Origin: Amoebophrya sp. A120 | Taxonomy: Eukaryota; Protista; Dinoflagellata | Direction: 5' to 3' | Assembly (NCBI GenBank): GCA_905178155.1 | Contig: CAJINV010000001.1 | Span: 3,525,675-3,589,674, forward strand | Length of the DNA: 64,000 nt | In this document: positions 1 through 12,612 of the stretch, piece after piece | How the letters are laid out: each line of letters begins with the position of its first letter | Position numbering within the stretch: the first letter of the stretch is position 1 | The notes under the pieces: model-generated | Databases searched by the model: none | Seen by the model: only the letters and a program-made list of their open reading frames with translations | What the model was told of the DNA's origin: nothing | Translations under genes and position numbers: made by a program

Positions 1-242
1 ATTCCATTCTAGGAGGTTCGGTTTAGTTTTTTCGACAAAACAAAATCAAACTTTTTTTTCGCTGTTTTTTGTCGACCAGCATCGGGTGACCTCGTTTCGG
101 TAGCTGATTACGTATCTCAGCCGAGATTATCCGCGTCGCTGCAGATAGAGCTGCTTTGTTTTGTCTGTTTTCTTTTTCCCGACAGCTCCGGCGTCAGCGG
201 CTAACCGGGAATATCAGGGAGTGGAAAGGAGAGGCTCCGAAC

Positions 243-1078
243 ATGTGGTCTTCCAGGCTATCGCAGTTGATGGAACCTCCGCCGACGGCGTCTCGCGGAC
301 GCGAAAGTGCCGGGCAAAGCCCCTTGTCACCCAACGCCTCTCGCCGTCTGCGGCGAAAGTCAGCACAGGGCGGGGCTACTCCTCGTGCCGGCGGAAGTTC
401 TGCGAGCACCGGGTTAGTTGAGGGGCGACGTAGTGCCGCAGCGTCACCGGAAAATGGAGCCTCCGCGACGGCGGCTCAGAACGTGTCGTCTCTTCGGCAG
501 CAATATGAGCCGGTGTGGACGGCGTTTTCCGAGTATGTGCAGAACTACTTCTCTAGTACTTCGAAGGCACGGCAGGACACTAACGGCGTAGGAGAAAAAT
601 CCCAGGCAGTAACAGGAGAAGGCAACCGGGACTCCAAGGACAAAAACTATGTAGAGGTCGAAACGGAAAGGGAAACCGAAAGCGCAGAAGCACTGCAACG
701 ACGGGTGGCCGAACTTGAAAGTATATATAATGTTCTTTCTCCTTCGTGTTTTCAGGAAGGAATTTAGTATGAGCTGCCAACTTGTTGACATGTATGTATA
801 TGTTCTCACACAAAAGCTGCAAGGTTGTTGAAAGCAAGTAAATCTGACTCGTCTTCTTGCTCAAAAAAGGTGAGGTTGAGTTTCTCGGAGACACAGCCGG
901 CGCGCTGCGGCGCACCATGGACGAAATTCATCGGGAAAAGGAAGAAATTGCGGATATCTGGGCCCGGGTGGACGAACTAATAACTGTGCGGCAGCTGCTG
1001 CCAGACCGGCCGGAATCGCCGCCACCGGACTCTCCGCGTTCGCCATGGTCCTGGGGCGGAGGGGCGAGAGCACCCTAG
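243..1078 (+). CDS. Hypothetical protein with C-terminal coiled coil; 2 exons (243-720, 870-1078)
   Basis: A GT-AG intron at 721-869 joins ORF 156..767 in frame to ORF 857..1078 (…ELE-S-EVEFLGD…). Confidence 0.6.
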
Positions 1079-1615
1079 ATATTGTAGTGGCGTCAAGATG
1101 GAGTGGATGCATCTGTCGGGAGCTCATCAACATGCGAAGAGACTTGAAAATGTGATGGCGTTCTTGGCCTGCTCACAACTTCCTGAATTTCGTGATTGGC
1201 AGTTGCATTTGCAATGATCCTAAGTAACAAGCTCGCCTTGACGTGGCAGATCAAGATCAAATTTAAAAAATTGAGTCATGATGTTCCCTTTTTGTCCTTG
1301 TAAGTTTTATCGGAGGTGAGTGTGATGAACATGAATCGCACCCGCAGCTCCTGTCATGATGGGGTTCGTTTTTCATTTTAGAACGAGCTCTTCTTCTTTG
1401 TTCCTGTTGGTTCGGATCCTAAAAATGTACTTGAGTGAGACCTGATCCTTGTTTCTCTGCGTAAAAAAGTCAGGTTTTTATTTGTCAAAAGGGAACGCTT
1501 GATCTTGATCTCCGTTGGCATTTGTTTTGATGTTTTGGCACGGCCCATTGTTCGGTTTTTCATTTTTTCGTGGCTGAGTTACTACATTTTCCGTCCCGGG
1601 AAGTCCGGATCGAAA

Positions 1616-4600
1616 ATGACGTCTCCCAAGGAAGGACGTAAACTTGTCTCCTCTTCGCCCGCAGAGCGAAACATTACTCCGGTGTGTATGGAGAATGAGC
1701 CGGAATCTGGACACGCAGAGAACCTGGCGGAAACCATCCCCCGTGTGTTCAACACGAATTACCGAAACGAAATGCACGCCATTGAGCGCGCACGCTCCGG
1801 GTTGGGGATCGCAAACTTGAACAGCGTCGCCGCAACTGCAAACTCGTCTTCTCAGACATTGTCTGCCGCTTTCTCCACCGCGGCCCATAGAACAAACCCA
1901 ACGCCGCGCAACATGAAAGTGCCACTCCTCGAGCCCGAGGAGGAGCTGGAGGAAGGCGAGGACGAGGATGGTAATGCGGAAAGCGGTCTTTCCTGGCACG
2001 TGATTCAGAACGAGGAGCCAGACTTTTCGACATATCCCATGCACGAGGAAGGCAGCAGCAGCTACGGAGGATATGCTGTTGTTGACCGGGACCACTTAGA
2101 AAGCCATCAACTCGAAGATAACATTCACGACGACACGTCTGTCTTAAGTCGGACCGTGACCCCGCAAAATCGGAATGGGGACCAGGTTGCCGTCCAGATT
2201 TACGAAGACGGTGACTTTCGTACATCATCTTCTTCAGTATGGACGAACAATCACCCGAGCAGTAGAAATACACGCACTTCATCTGGGCAGCACGATCTGC
2301 AACATCGAACCTGGGGGTCCGCACTTCCGCCGGGAAATATGAACAACTGCATTGTAGGAGTTTATGATGATCGAAATCCAGTGCTGATGCTGGATTACGG
2401 CGGAACTGCAGGGACGACCTCCACAGACGAGATGGACAATCTGATGCAAATGCCGCCTTTTCATTCCTCCGAAGAGTACGAATCTGACACAGGATCGCGC
2501 GATTCCGCCGCACTTAGCGAAGACAATTACTTCGAGGACGAGGACGATTATACGCCGGGCGGCAGTTACAACCCCGGGCAGATGAAGCTGCTGAAAAAGT
2601 CGGATTCCCTCCGGGGCTCGAAGCCTGCGCCGGACGGTGCCGTGGTGCCGGTCAAGATGAAACGGTTCACCCGTTTCGAGTCCATCTTCAAGTTGAGTGT
2701 CTTCTGCGGGTACCACCTGGTCGATTTTGGCACCAACATCTTCATCACGTACGTGTGCTTCGTGTGGTACATGAAAACCCTGGAGCTGATGTGGTTGTTT
2801 TCCTTCATCTGCGGCTGCGTGTGCTTTGTCGCCGCCGGCAGCTTTTGTTTCTACCTCTCGGCGGGCGACAAATTTTGGAATAAGAAAATGAGGGAACAGT
2901 ACCCGTTTCTCTCCTGGTTGGTGCGTTTTTTTGTGCTCGGCTTTGGTCAAGGAATGATTTGCAAGTTGGCGTATAATCGCTACATTCGCCGACAGCACGT
3001 CACCGGGGACATCTCAGCCTCGAGCTCCGACAATCCCTACGAGGTAACCAACTGCGCGGCGCCCGGTTGGCGGCTGCACACGAAGAGCTTCGTCGGACTG
3101 TATGAAAGTATAAGTCTAATATTGATTTTGATGACCACACTCTTTAGAAGAGATAACGCTCCTACGTAGTACTTACACTCAGCTGTTTGCTTGTTCTTGC
3201 AGCGGTGCTATAATGTTGAATCTATATTATATATATTCGCATAGTCCTAAGAAAAGTTATCCTGTCTCCACACGCGTGAAATAAAAATTCCCAGGCACCT
3301 TCTTCGCGGGTCTCGCTGCGTTTATGATTACCCACGATTTGACGGGTACGAGCCTTTTCGGCAACGTAATGGTGTACGACCCGGTCGAGCACAACTGGAT
3401 TCCCCTAAACGGCTCGCTGGGCTGGGTTCACTGTGTGGAGACGGTGGTGCTGTACCTGTCCCTGGCGACCAGCTGTTGGACGCTGGCCCACGTGGCTGCG
3501 GAAATTGATTACCGCGTGTCCGGGTTCGTGAAGGAGCGATTCGACCGCAACTACCTGTTTTCTGTGCTCTGCATCGGGGGCCGGATCGCGGAGGTGGTCT
3601 GCACCGTGATGACGCTGGGGTTCTGTGTGCGGGTGATGAACTGTTGGGTGTGCGGTTCCTTCAACTGGGTGGCCTCGTTCTTCTTCGTGGGCTTCTACTG
3701 GGGCCTCGACGTGACCGCACTGGCGGCCGTATCCCGCAACGAAACCTCCGCGGTCGTCCACTTCCTGGTGGGCTTCATGTACATGAGCGCCGACCTGGGG
3801 CGGTTCGTTGACCACCCGGGGTTCGCCCGACCCGCCCGGACCATGCTCAAGTTTGTGTGCGGCAAGCGCGTGATCTTTCTCCTCGTGTTTTTGCTTCTCG
3901 CGTCCTTCACGTACATCCACCGCACGCCGAGCGGGGTCATCATCGACGAGTGCGTGGACGACCAAGCACCCGGCGTGGAAGGGAGTAGCATCTTCGGCCG
4001 AGTTCGTGTGCAGGAAGAGCGGGTTTCCACGACGAGTCAGGTTTTGCAGCAGGGGGTGGCTGAAGATGTTGATGGGGAAGATAGTACAACTTCTATGACG
4101 GGTACTTTTTCTGGTGCAACTGGAGACCACGATGGCGCCGAAACAAGTAGGACGGATCCGACGCCGACTACAGCAGTGAACGACGGAGCTACATCAGTGC
4201 CCCTCGCTGCTCCCTCCCCCTCGCTAAACATCGAGTCGGAGCGGTTTCTTTGGCTGTTGTGGAGTGACAAGCCGTGGCTGACGAGCATGTATCTGATTGC
4301 ACTCTGCGCACACATTGTGCTCACGTTGATTCAGCTGAACTTGAAGTCCCTGCGGCCGGACCGGCACGACATTTTTCTGCTGACCGCGAGCGGGGATAAG
4401 GATACGTTGAAGGAGGTATTGAACGACACGAGTAAGCTAACCGTCGACGTGAACCACCGCCGTGACAACGGCCACGCCGCGCTGCACGTGGGGGCGCTGT
4501 ACAACCAGAAGGAGTGCCTGCACGTGCTGATTTTGTATGCGGGCGCGAACATTAACCTCCCCAACTTCCGCGGCAAGACGGCGCTGTGCATTGCGGCGGA

Positions 4601-7600
4601 GCAGAATCACCGGCTGAGTGCGGAGTACCTGGTGAAAGCGAAAGCGAACGTGAACCTGCAAGACGTGGACGGGAACACGGCGATGCACTTGGCGACGGCG
4701 AAGGGCCATGTAGAGATGATGCTGTACCTGATTCGCGAGGCGCGCGTGCGGCTCGACATCAGCAACGCCGCAAACCGGTACTGGTACGGGATGCACAGCG
4801 AGGCGACCTCCTGGGATGACAAGTTGTTCGGCGACCGGCGGGGGCAGAACGGCAACTGGCTGGTGAATAACCCGTACCTGAACAGCAGTACCCCAGCAGA
4901 TGAAAATGAAACAGCGGGCATCAACAGCACCTCGGCGGTCGTGCCGGCAGACTACGACTTCGATGCGGAGAAAACCATGGCTTTCGTCGCGCCGGGGGCG
5001 CGGCGCCGCGATGAAAACCGGAACCCCAGTCAGGAACTGGTTATGTTGACCAAGCACCCGGCGCCGGGCGGCGGCGGACCCAGCATTGTTCCCGTGGACT
5101 TGCGGTCGGTTGTGGAGCGGCGGAAGGGCGTGCAGCCGCACCAGCGCGGCGGCGGTGGCCTGGGATTTTGCGCGAGTACGGGGAGTTTGATGAAGCTCCG
5201 GGACAAAAGCATGAGCATTCTCGACTCATTGCGATCTGGTGTGGTGATGCACAACAAGAAGCAGCAGGTTCTGGGGGGCGGCTCCTCGTCTACCTCGTCG
5301 TGTAAAAATCATCGGAGAAATAACTCCGTCGACTCGGAGTCCTCCCGGATGAGCTGCGGGAGCACAAATTCGCGGTATTCGGACCCGACGACGACGACCG
5401 CGGCGGTCGACGGCGCAAGCGCGGACTTTTTCTCCACCACGGTGGAGCAGGAGTGGCGCCGGTCCCGCAGGTTATCCAAGGGCACTTCGCTCGGGAGCGT
5501 GCCGGAGGAGCACGAGCACACGCTGGACCACGGCGGAGCGGTGGTTATTTGCGGAGAGCATATGCATGCTTCCTCCAAAGCCGCAACTCGGGCCTCGCGA
5601 TTCTCGGCGATGCCGAGAATCCAAAGTGGCGAGGCGCTGTGGACACTGGACGATGACGGGAACGGTAGTTGTGCGGTGCTGCCACCACCTCCTGTTATGC
5701 CGCCAGCAGGAAATACCCCGGTTCAACGTCCAGATGTTGAGCAGATCGCTGTGATCTCGCATTCGCCTTCAAAAACACGAAAGCTTGATGTGCAGCCCCA
5801 GCTCGGTAGAAGCGCGGACCGCAGGACCTCGGAAATTATTGCCTCGGAGATCGAAGACGAGGAGAACAACTCTGCATCTCGCGCCTCCACGACTTGGCAT
5901 AATGGACCGAGTTGTAGAATTTTTGAGCCAAAAAGTCAACAGCACATTGTCTTCCAAGCGCGAAAGGTCGCGATTCCGCGGAAGAAGGCGAGCCAAGCCG
6001 CCCTGGCGCGCATAAATAGGTCTTGCTCGACGGAGGACGACGCCACGCCCACGAGCGGCACGAGCAAGTTCGCGCACAGCGGGAATGATGCCGTGTCTAC
6101 TTCTGCTACGGGAGGCGGTGCGGGCTCGCAGATGATTGAGATGGGCACATTTGACGCGGGAGCGCCGGAGCGAACGACATCATCAAGCAGCACCTCGGGA
6201 GAAGTAGCGTTTGTAAGCACGCTGGGTGGAGGACCTGGACCACCACCGCATGAGCATTGTGTAGTCGAGGGCTGTAAAAATGCCTCTCGTCTTCGCGAAC
6301 CCGCAAAGTCGCCATCTCCCGAATTGACACGCATCAGTTCCAGGAGCGACGTGGTTGCCCGTGACAACATGATGTCCGAACTAGACGGCGTCGCTGAGGC
6401 TGGTGTCACTGGTGAAAATGGACTGGACAACCACATGAAGAAAGTATCAGAAGAAAATAGCAAATTCGGCGCCTCGGGTGAACAACCTCTAGTACTGACT
6501 GCGCAGCAGGGTGGACGTGAAGAGGGTGACGACAGCTCGACTGTGCGATCTTTATCGCAGCAGCCCGACACCAGTCCGGTTCTTCCGCTACCAAATTTCC
6601 TGCAGGATGCCGCTAATATCACCCGCGGCCGGTCGAGTCCGTGGCCGGAAAGCGGCGGCAAAAATCTGACCCAAGGTACAACAACGACCAGTTCGATGCA
6701 CAGCCAGACGAAAAGTACCACTGCGCAATCGACGGCAAAGCGTTTTTCGAACACGGGCATCCGTGTGAGCACGCTGTTGGACGGCAGTGTGACGCGGGCC
6801 CGGCCGGTGGAAGTGGCGGGCGGCGCGGCGGCCTCGAGCTACAACTGGGTCGGCGTCGACGCCTGGGGAACCGCGTCCACGGTCGAGGTGGAGCAGCCGG
6901 GGCGCACGATCGGAATCGCTCCGGTTCGGGTGGAGCCGACAATGGACGATCCGTACCCGATGCTGCGGACCACGTTGACCCGAACGCATATGGAAGCGTC
7001 AGGATCGAAATCAACAAAATCGAAATGACTTGTGATGCATAAAATCGATATCAGTTGGAGCCTCAGTTTCCAAGTGGCGCATGACAAATTTTGGCAGCAC
7101 CAAAATCCAGTCTGTCGTGCTGTTTGGGCAAAGAGAACTGCTCCTGTCATGCTACTCTGGCAGCACATCGTCTTCCCCCAAACAGGCTTGCAATCGGTCT
7201 CATTTGCCTCCTCTCCAACACAGGCCATGCGTGCCCTACATTTTATGGATTACAAACTTTTTGATTGTGTCGATTTCGATCCTGACACTCCCATAACGCA
7301 GAAGCACTACGTGAACCCCTACTACAGCAAGGACCCGATCGAGGACAACGTAGTCGCCCACATTATCACATTTGAAAACGTCCCCACCCCATAGTTGTAA
7401 TGCAAATCTGCATGCTGAAAATGTTACGCATGCGGAGCCCAATGAGAAGCATTTTTTAGTCGTGTTTTGGAATTTGTCATGCTCCAATCAGCATGGTATA
7501 CTAGATCTGTAATGCTGCTGAGCTACCTCAACCAGCACTACACTACGAGTCCAAATTTGTCATGCAAAACAGCCAAAGCTTGTGGATTTGTCTAGCCGAT

Positions 7601-10600
7601 TCCCCATCTTGACTATGGTATGGGGACGTTTTTATGCAGGATACACATGCTGCGTCCCTGCGGGCTGTCGAGTCTGATTTTCGCCACCGCGGCCCCGCAC
7701 TTCGTCGGAAAGTCGTTTCTCCGCACCGTCGAGGAGGAGCGGCTCGCTCTGAACCCGGAGCAGAACACCGGCCAGGAGGGCAAGTGGAGTCCCACCTACA
7801 ACAGCGCCAAGCGGGCCGGAACGAACGCGGACCAGCCAGACGAGCTGGAGAGGAGACGGTCCGATCGGTCCGGCTCCGACGGGGGCGGGTCCCGGGACAG
7901 CACCCCAAACGTGTTGCTGAGCACCAGAAATTCCCGCTGCAACAGCGCGGACAGCAAGCAGGACCTTTTTGCATCAAAGTGCAAATACAACCAGGACCCC
8001 GCAAGGGGGTTGATGGAAGGAGCTGGTCAAGAGCTACAAGCAGTAGCGGGCCAAAACGAACTACACACGAAAGGAGCTGGAGCAGGGATGTCCCATCCCC
8101 TGTCGTGCACCAGCATCGATTTCAACGGGGGCACCCAGCGACAAGTGCAGAAAATGCTGCTGCGCCGAAACAGCCGCCCACCGCCGAAGCGCAAGGACCC
8201 GCTCGAAAACGTGGACTGGAACAGGCTGGGGCCCTCGGACTTCAACTGCCTGAAGCTGTTGGGTCAAGGAACGTTTGGATCCGTGATCAAGGTCTGCATG
8301 CGGGACGACCCGCGTGTGAATTTGGCAATGAAGATCATCGTGCAGAAGCAATACAAAGTGCAGAACATCGTCAGTCGCTACTACGCCGAAGAGCACGTTC
8401 TGCGAGCGTTAAAGCACCCGTTCATCGTGTTGCTATACGCCTCCTACTCGACCCCGCTCCATTGGCTTCTGGTATGCACAGCTTATTTTATTTTGTGATT
8501 CTGATTGCGAGCCTCTCTTTCAGGAGGTATGTGAAATGAACTTATTTTTGTCGGAGAGTCCGCGAAAAAAGTCTTATTTTATGTCCCAAATAAAGGTGAT
8601 GGAGTACTGCCCGGGCGGGGACCTGCACGACTGGCTCGTGCAAGAGGGGACGCCGGGCTTGCTGCCAATCCAGGTGCTGAAGGCCGGTACGGAAATCTTA
8701 TTGGCGCTGGAGTACCTGCACGGCAAGGGCATCGTTTTCCGCGACCTGAAATGCGAAAACGTGATCCTGTCTGCCCAGAAAACCTGCCGTCTGACGGATT
8801 TCGGGCTCGCCAAGGAGGACATCGGGGCCACCGACACGGACGGGCTGACCTCGTTCTGTGGCAGCTACGGGTACTGTGCCCCGGAGGTGCTGGCGCTGAA
8901 GGACAAGAACCGTCGCGGCGGCGAAATAAAGTCGCCCAGTAGGAACAAGGCGGACGAATTAGTCCGTGGGTTGACGAACGGAAAGGACAACAGCAAGGAG
9001 AGCAAGAAATACGGTACCGCGGTAGACATCTACTCCCTCGGGGTCGTGCTCTACATGCTCGCCACGGGGGGACACATCACGAAAAAGACCGAAACCAACA
9101 AAAAGCGGTCGCCAAACAGAAATGATAAAGCGGCAGGCACCAGGGTGGTCAACACCCCGCGAGATGGTGAAGCGGGAGCAGACGGCGGTAAGCAGGATAA
9201 AAATCTTGCCAGGGCGGGGAGGGCGGCTGGCGTCGACCTGAAGCGAGATCCGTCGGGAAATCTTGTCGTCGACACCGCCGTCAATTCGACGGCCGCGAGA
9301 AATTTTGCAAAGAAGAGTCTGCCGACGTCTATTCAACAGCGACCGCGTAATTCGAGGGAAAAAGGGAAAGAAGACGGTGCGACAGCGGCTTTATTTCAAC
9401 AACATGCACCTCCGGGAACCAAGAACCCGACACTGACGGACCGACCAGCGGTTCTGGTGGACGAAGGCGCAGATCCGCGGAGATTAGATTTTCGGCCGGG
9501 CGACAGAGTCACGGACGTGCTCGGCATCAAAGAGGCGGGTGGAGGAACAGCAGACAGGACTTCTACTAGCAGGGCGAGAGTCAAAATGTCGGTCGCGAAC
9601 GAAAGAGATCCACGTGCTCTGAGGACTGGACGACAAGAGCAGAGGGTTGCCCCATTTGTGGAGACTACAGAGAACCGATCCCGCAGTTCTTCCAAAGCCA
9701 CGGAGGGGAGTAGTTTGGCCGGCCGCCGAGCTGTTCATAGGAATGCCGCAAATAATCCGAATGCAGTAAAGAAAAAGGACCACCAGCACCACGAGGTTTC
9801 CCTGGGCACGGTGGCCGCGGTGCTTTTCCCCTTCAGTAAGAACTTCAATTTTTTGCACCCCTCGGAATCCAGGGGGGTTCTGGACCTCTCGCAAATCGAG
9901 ACCAAGGAGCAGACCGAGCTGCGGTTTCCCCCGAACTCCCCGGAAGACTTGCACTTAGAGCTGGCCTACATGATGGTAAAAGACAATCCCACCATGCAGC
10001 TGCTGGACGAACTGCAGCGGCTGGAAACCCTGAAAAGACAACAATACGCGGCCAAGAAGGCTCTGAACAATACGAATCCTACCCCGGTACCACGGCCGCT
10101 AGCCACCGACAACACCCTGCGGACCACTGGAGGTGGCGAAGTTGGCGACGGGGCGAAAGAAAAACAGCAAAGCGGAAAAATGAAAAAGATAGTGGCCGCC
10201 GGGGAAAAGGAAATGACGGGAACAAGACCGGACCGGAATTCTACAAGGGACGACGCAGCACGACCACACAGACAGGATCTTCGGCATCGGCAGGTGGGGC
10301 CGCCTCCTCCGGCTGGACATCATACTAAAAACCATGTTCAAGAACGGCATGAAGGGACGAGCCAGCAATCTGTTCATTATAACGGCGGTAGCAATCGGAC
10401 GCGGTGGCAGGGTCCCAGCAAGGAGCAGTTACGGTCCGTGAAGGACACCTACGAGCGGTTTAAGCAGCACCCACATTTGCTGGAGCTCGTCTACACCATG
10501 ACGAATCGAGATCCGCACTTGCGCGGGTCCTGCTCCACCGTACGCTCGTCCAAGTACTTCATGAATGTGGACTTTATGCTCGCCTTGGTGAACAGCGGCC

Positions 10601-11946
10601 GGTACTTCCGGGACATGCAGCGCCGGCGCGAGAAAGTGGAAAATCCGTTCAGGCACCGGAGCGGGAGCGGCACGAGCAGCCAATACCCGAGCAAGAGCGA
10701 GTTATGTGCTGCAGGAGGACAAAATGTTGAGCCTGTGGCGGCTGCGGCCACCACCGCAATTAGTGGGCAGCGCTCGTCCAAAAGTAGGGGAGATCGGAAT
10801 TACTATCTTGCCGGGGCTAGTAGGACATCTGGGCAGGTCGACGCGCGGCTACGGCCTCAATGCGAGCGTGAGGAAACTACAGAAGGAACAACCCGTCCGC
10901 TGCCGGTCGTGCACCCGCGCGAAAATACTAAGCCCGTGCGGCCACGTGACGCTGGAGTTGTTGCAACGTCGTCTATGTCGGGGAGAGTTCTTGCAGGAGG
11001 CGCATCTTCACAAGAGCAGGATGAACCACTTCAAACGAGAGCCGGACCCACAGCAGCTCCCGTGATGCCGCCGCTGCGCGATCTTAGCAGGAAGACGCGT
11101 GGCCAACATCAAGAATGGGGCCAACGACCCCCGCCCCTGAGAGATGAAGAACATCGACAGATGCCGGTGGTGCTATCCAACGAGGCTTTGTCACGGCACG
11201 AGAAGAAATTTCCCGCGCAGCACTTTCACCAGGCGAATAACGGGCAGCAGCAGTTTTTTGGCCACGAAACAAGGGGCTCTTCGCCGGAATCGTCTCGTGT
11301 GGCGGGAGTTGATGTAGCGGCAATGGCACCTCCTCTTCATCTGGGACGAGGCGGAGGACTTACACAGGCTGTTGCGCGCGGAAGAAGCGAAGACAGTGGC
11401 CGAGGAGAGACCACTTATTCTGCTCTCCCGCTTCGCGGAACATCAACAAGCGCGACATCATCTTCCACCGCGATGGTGATGCACAGCCAGAACAGTAGTA
11501 CTGATCGAAGCAGCTCCAGTGCTCGGAAGGAACGGGTAAGAAGAACCGTACCAGACACGACAGCGCAACAAGAAGACTTGGATCGGCACGATCGGAGCAT
11601 CTCCGAGGTGGTGGACCCCAGAAGTTCTTACGCGAAGGGCCGCTTTACGACTAGCACCCGGGCAACAATGTCTTCGCCGCTGGACGATTCGTTTTGCGAG
11701 GTCGGCAGGATAGTAAAACCTGGTCGCAGCACGAACAAGAGCACTTCTAGGTCCAGCATTCCGTCCGCTAGAGAGACAAGGCAGGAGATGCTAAACCCGA
11801 CCGGCGATGTTGATGATCGTGATGAACAAGAAGATTGTTCCTTTTTGCGCCAAATCATGGCGCATCCACGGACCACTCAGCTCGACGGGCAAGAAGACTT
11901 TGCTGTTCTAGGTGCTCGAAATGGATCTCTATCGTCTGCTACATAA
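1616..11946 (+). CDS. About 3140-aa multi-pass membrane (XK-related-like) + ankyrin repeats + AGC-family Ser/Thr kinase; exons 1616-3107, 3295-6988, 7301-7363, 7649-8471, 8596-11946
   Basis: TM helices with XK-like motifs (HLVDFGTN, GLYES, SCWTLA). Ankyrin repeats (GHAALHVGA, GKTALCIAA, GNTAMHLAT). Kinase motifs LGQGTFGSV, AMK, FRDLKCEN, DFG, CGSYGYCAPE, DIYSLG. Two GT-AG introns plus two TIR/TSD introns give one open frame of 9423 nt. Confidence 0.75.
6989..7295. mobile_element. Introner E1: TIR element acting as a non-canonical intron (312 nt removed with one TSD copy)
   Basis: About 57-bp imperfect TIR (tatggaagcgtcaggatcgaaatc… / …gatttcgatcctgacactcccata). Direct repeat ACGCA at 6984-6988 and 7296-7300. 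Contains an in-frame TGA. Removal gives …TR-TQKHYVNP…. Confidence 0.85.
7364..7643. mobile_element. Introner E2: TIR element acting as a non-canonical intron (285 nt removed)
   Basis: TIR tatc…aaaacgtccccaccccatagt / actatggtatggggacgtttt…ggata. Direct repeat CACAT at 7359-7363 and 7644-7648. Removal gives …VVAH-MLRPCG… into the kinase frame. Confidence 0.85.
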
Positions 11947-12612
11947 AAGGAAGCTTGCTCTTCGGTGGTATGTGATGCGTAAACATAAAGAATAAAAAAG
12001 GATCATGATGATCTGCTCTTATGACTGTCGACGGCTTTTGTTTATCAGTGGAGGCCTGCTGCGTGGGTGTTGTTCTGCGGGATCTGTTCAAGAGACTGAA
12101 TGACTCTGGCGACTCGAAGCAAAACAAAATGTGCCCATGTCAGAGGCCCGGGGCCGCGCGCGTGGTGCGTATTGGCAAAGCGATGTTCGATACGATTTTT
12201 GTGCGTTTGCAGCGGCGATATCGCTGCATACTTACGAAAATGAATTTAGATATAAGAAAGGAAAGACCAAAGTGATCCTTTTCCGGTTCAGGTTATGGCT
12301 TCGGGATGAATCTGATAGAATTTCTGCAAATGGTTGTTCGATTGACTGAACAAAAGCGGGCCGGAATTGCAATGTTCTTTTTCATCTCAAATGCAGGAAA
12401 GTAAGTGATCTTAATCTATTTTAACGATACGCATTGTTATTTCTTTGACTGAAAAGAAATGCTAGGCGGTGCTGGTCGCTGTTTGCCCAGGGTGCTGATG
12501 CTCTGCGTATGGGCCGATAGCATTTTTAGCAGAGGCTGGGTTAATTTTCGCAACGCATGCATTCCTCCGCTGTTGGGGAAGTAATGCCTTCCTGTTTGTA
12601 GCAGGTTTCGGC

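Noticed and set aside
7026-7034. Possible stop-codon readthrough or alternative genetic code joining same-frame ORFs 3324..7028, 7032..7394 and 7620..8498
   Set aside because: The stops lie inside TIR/TSD elements, so intron removal explains them.
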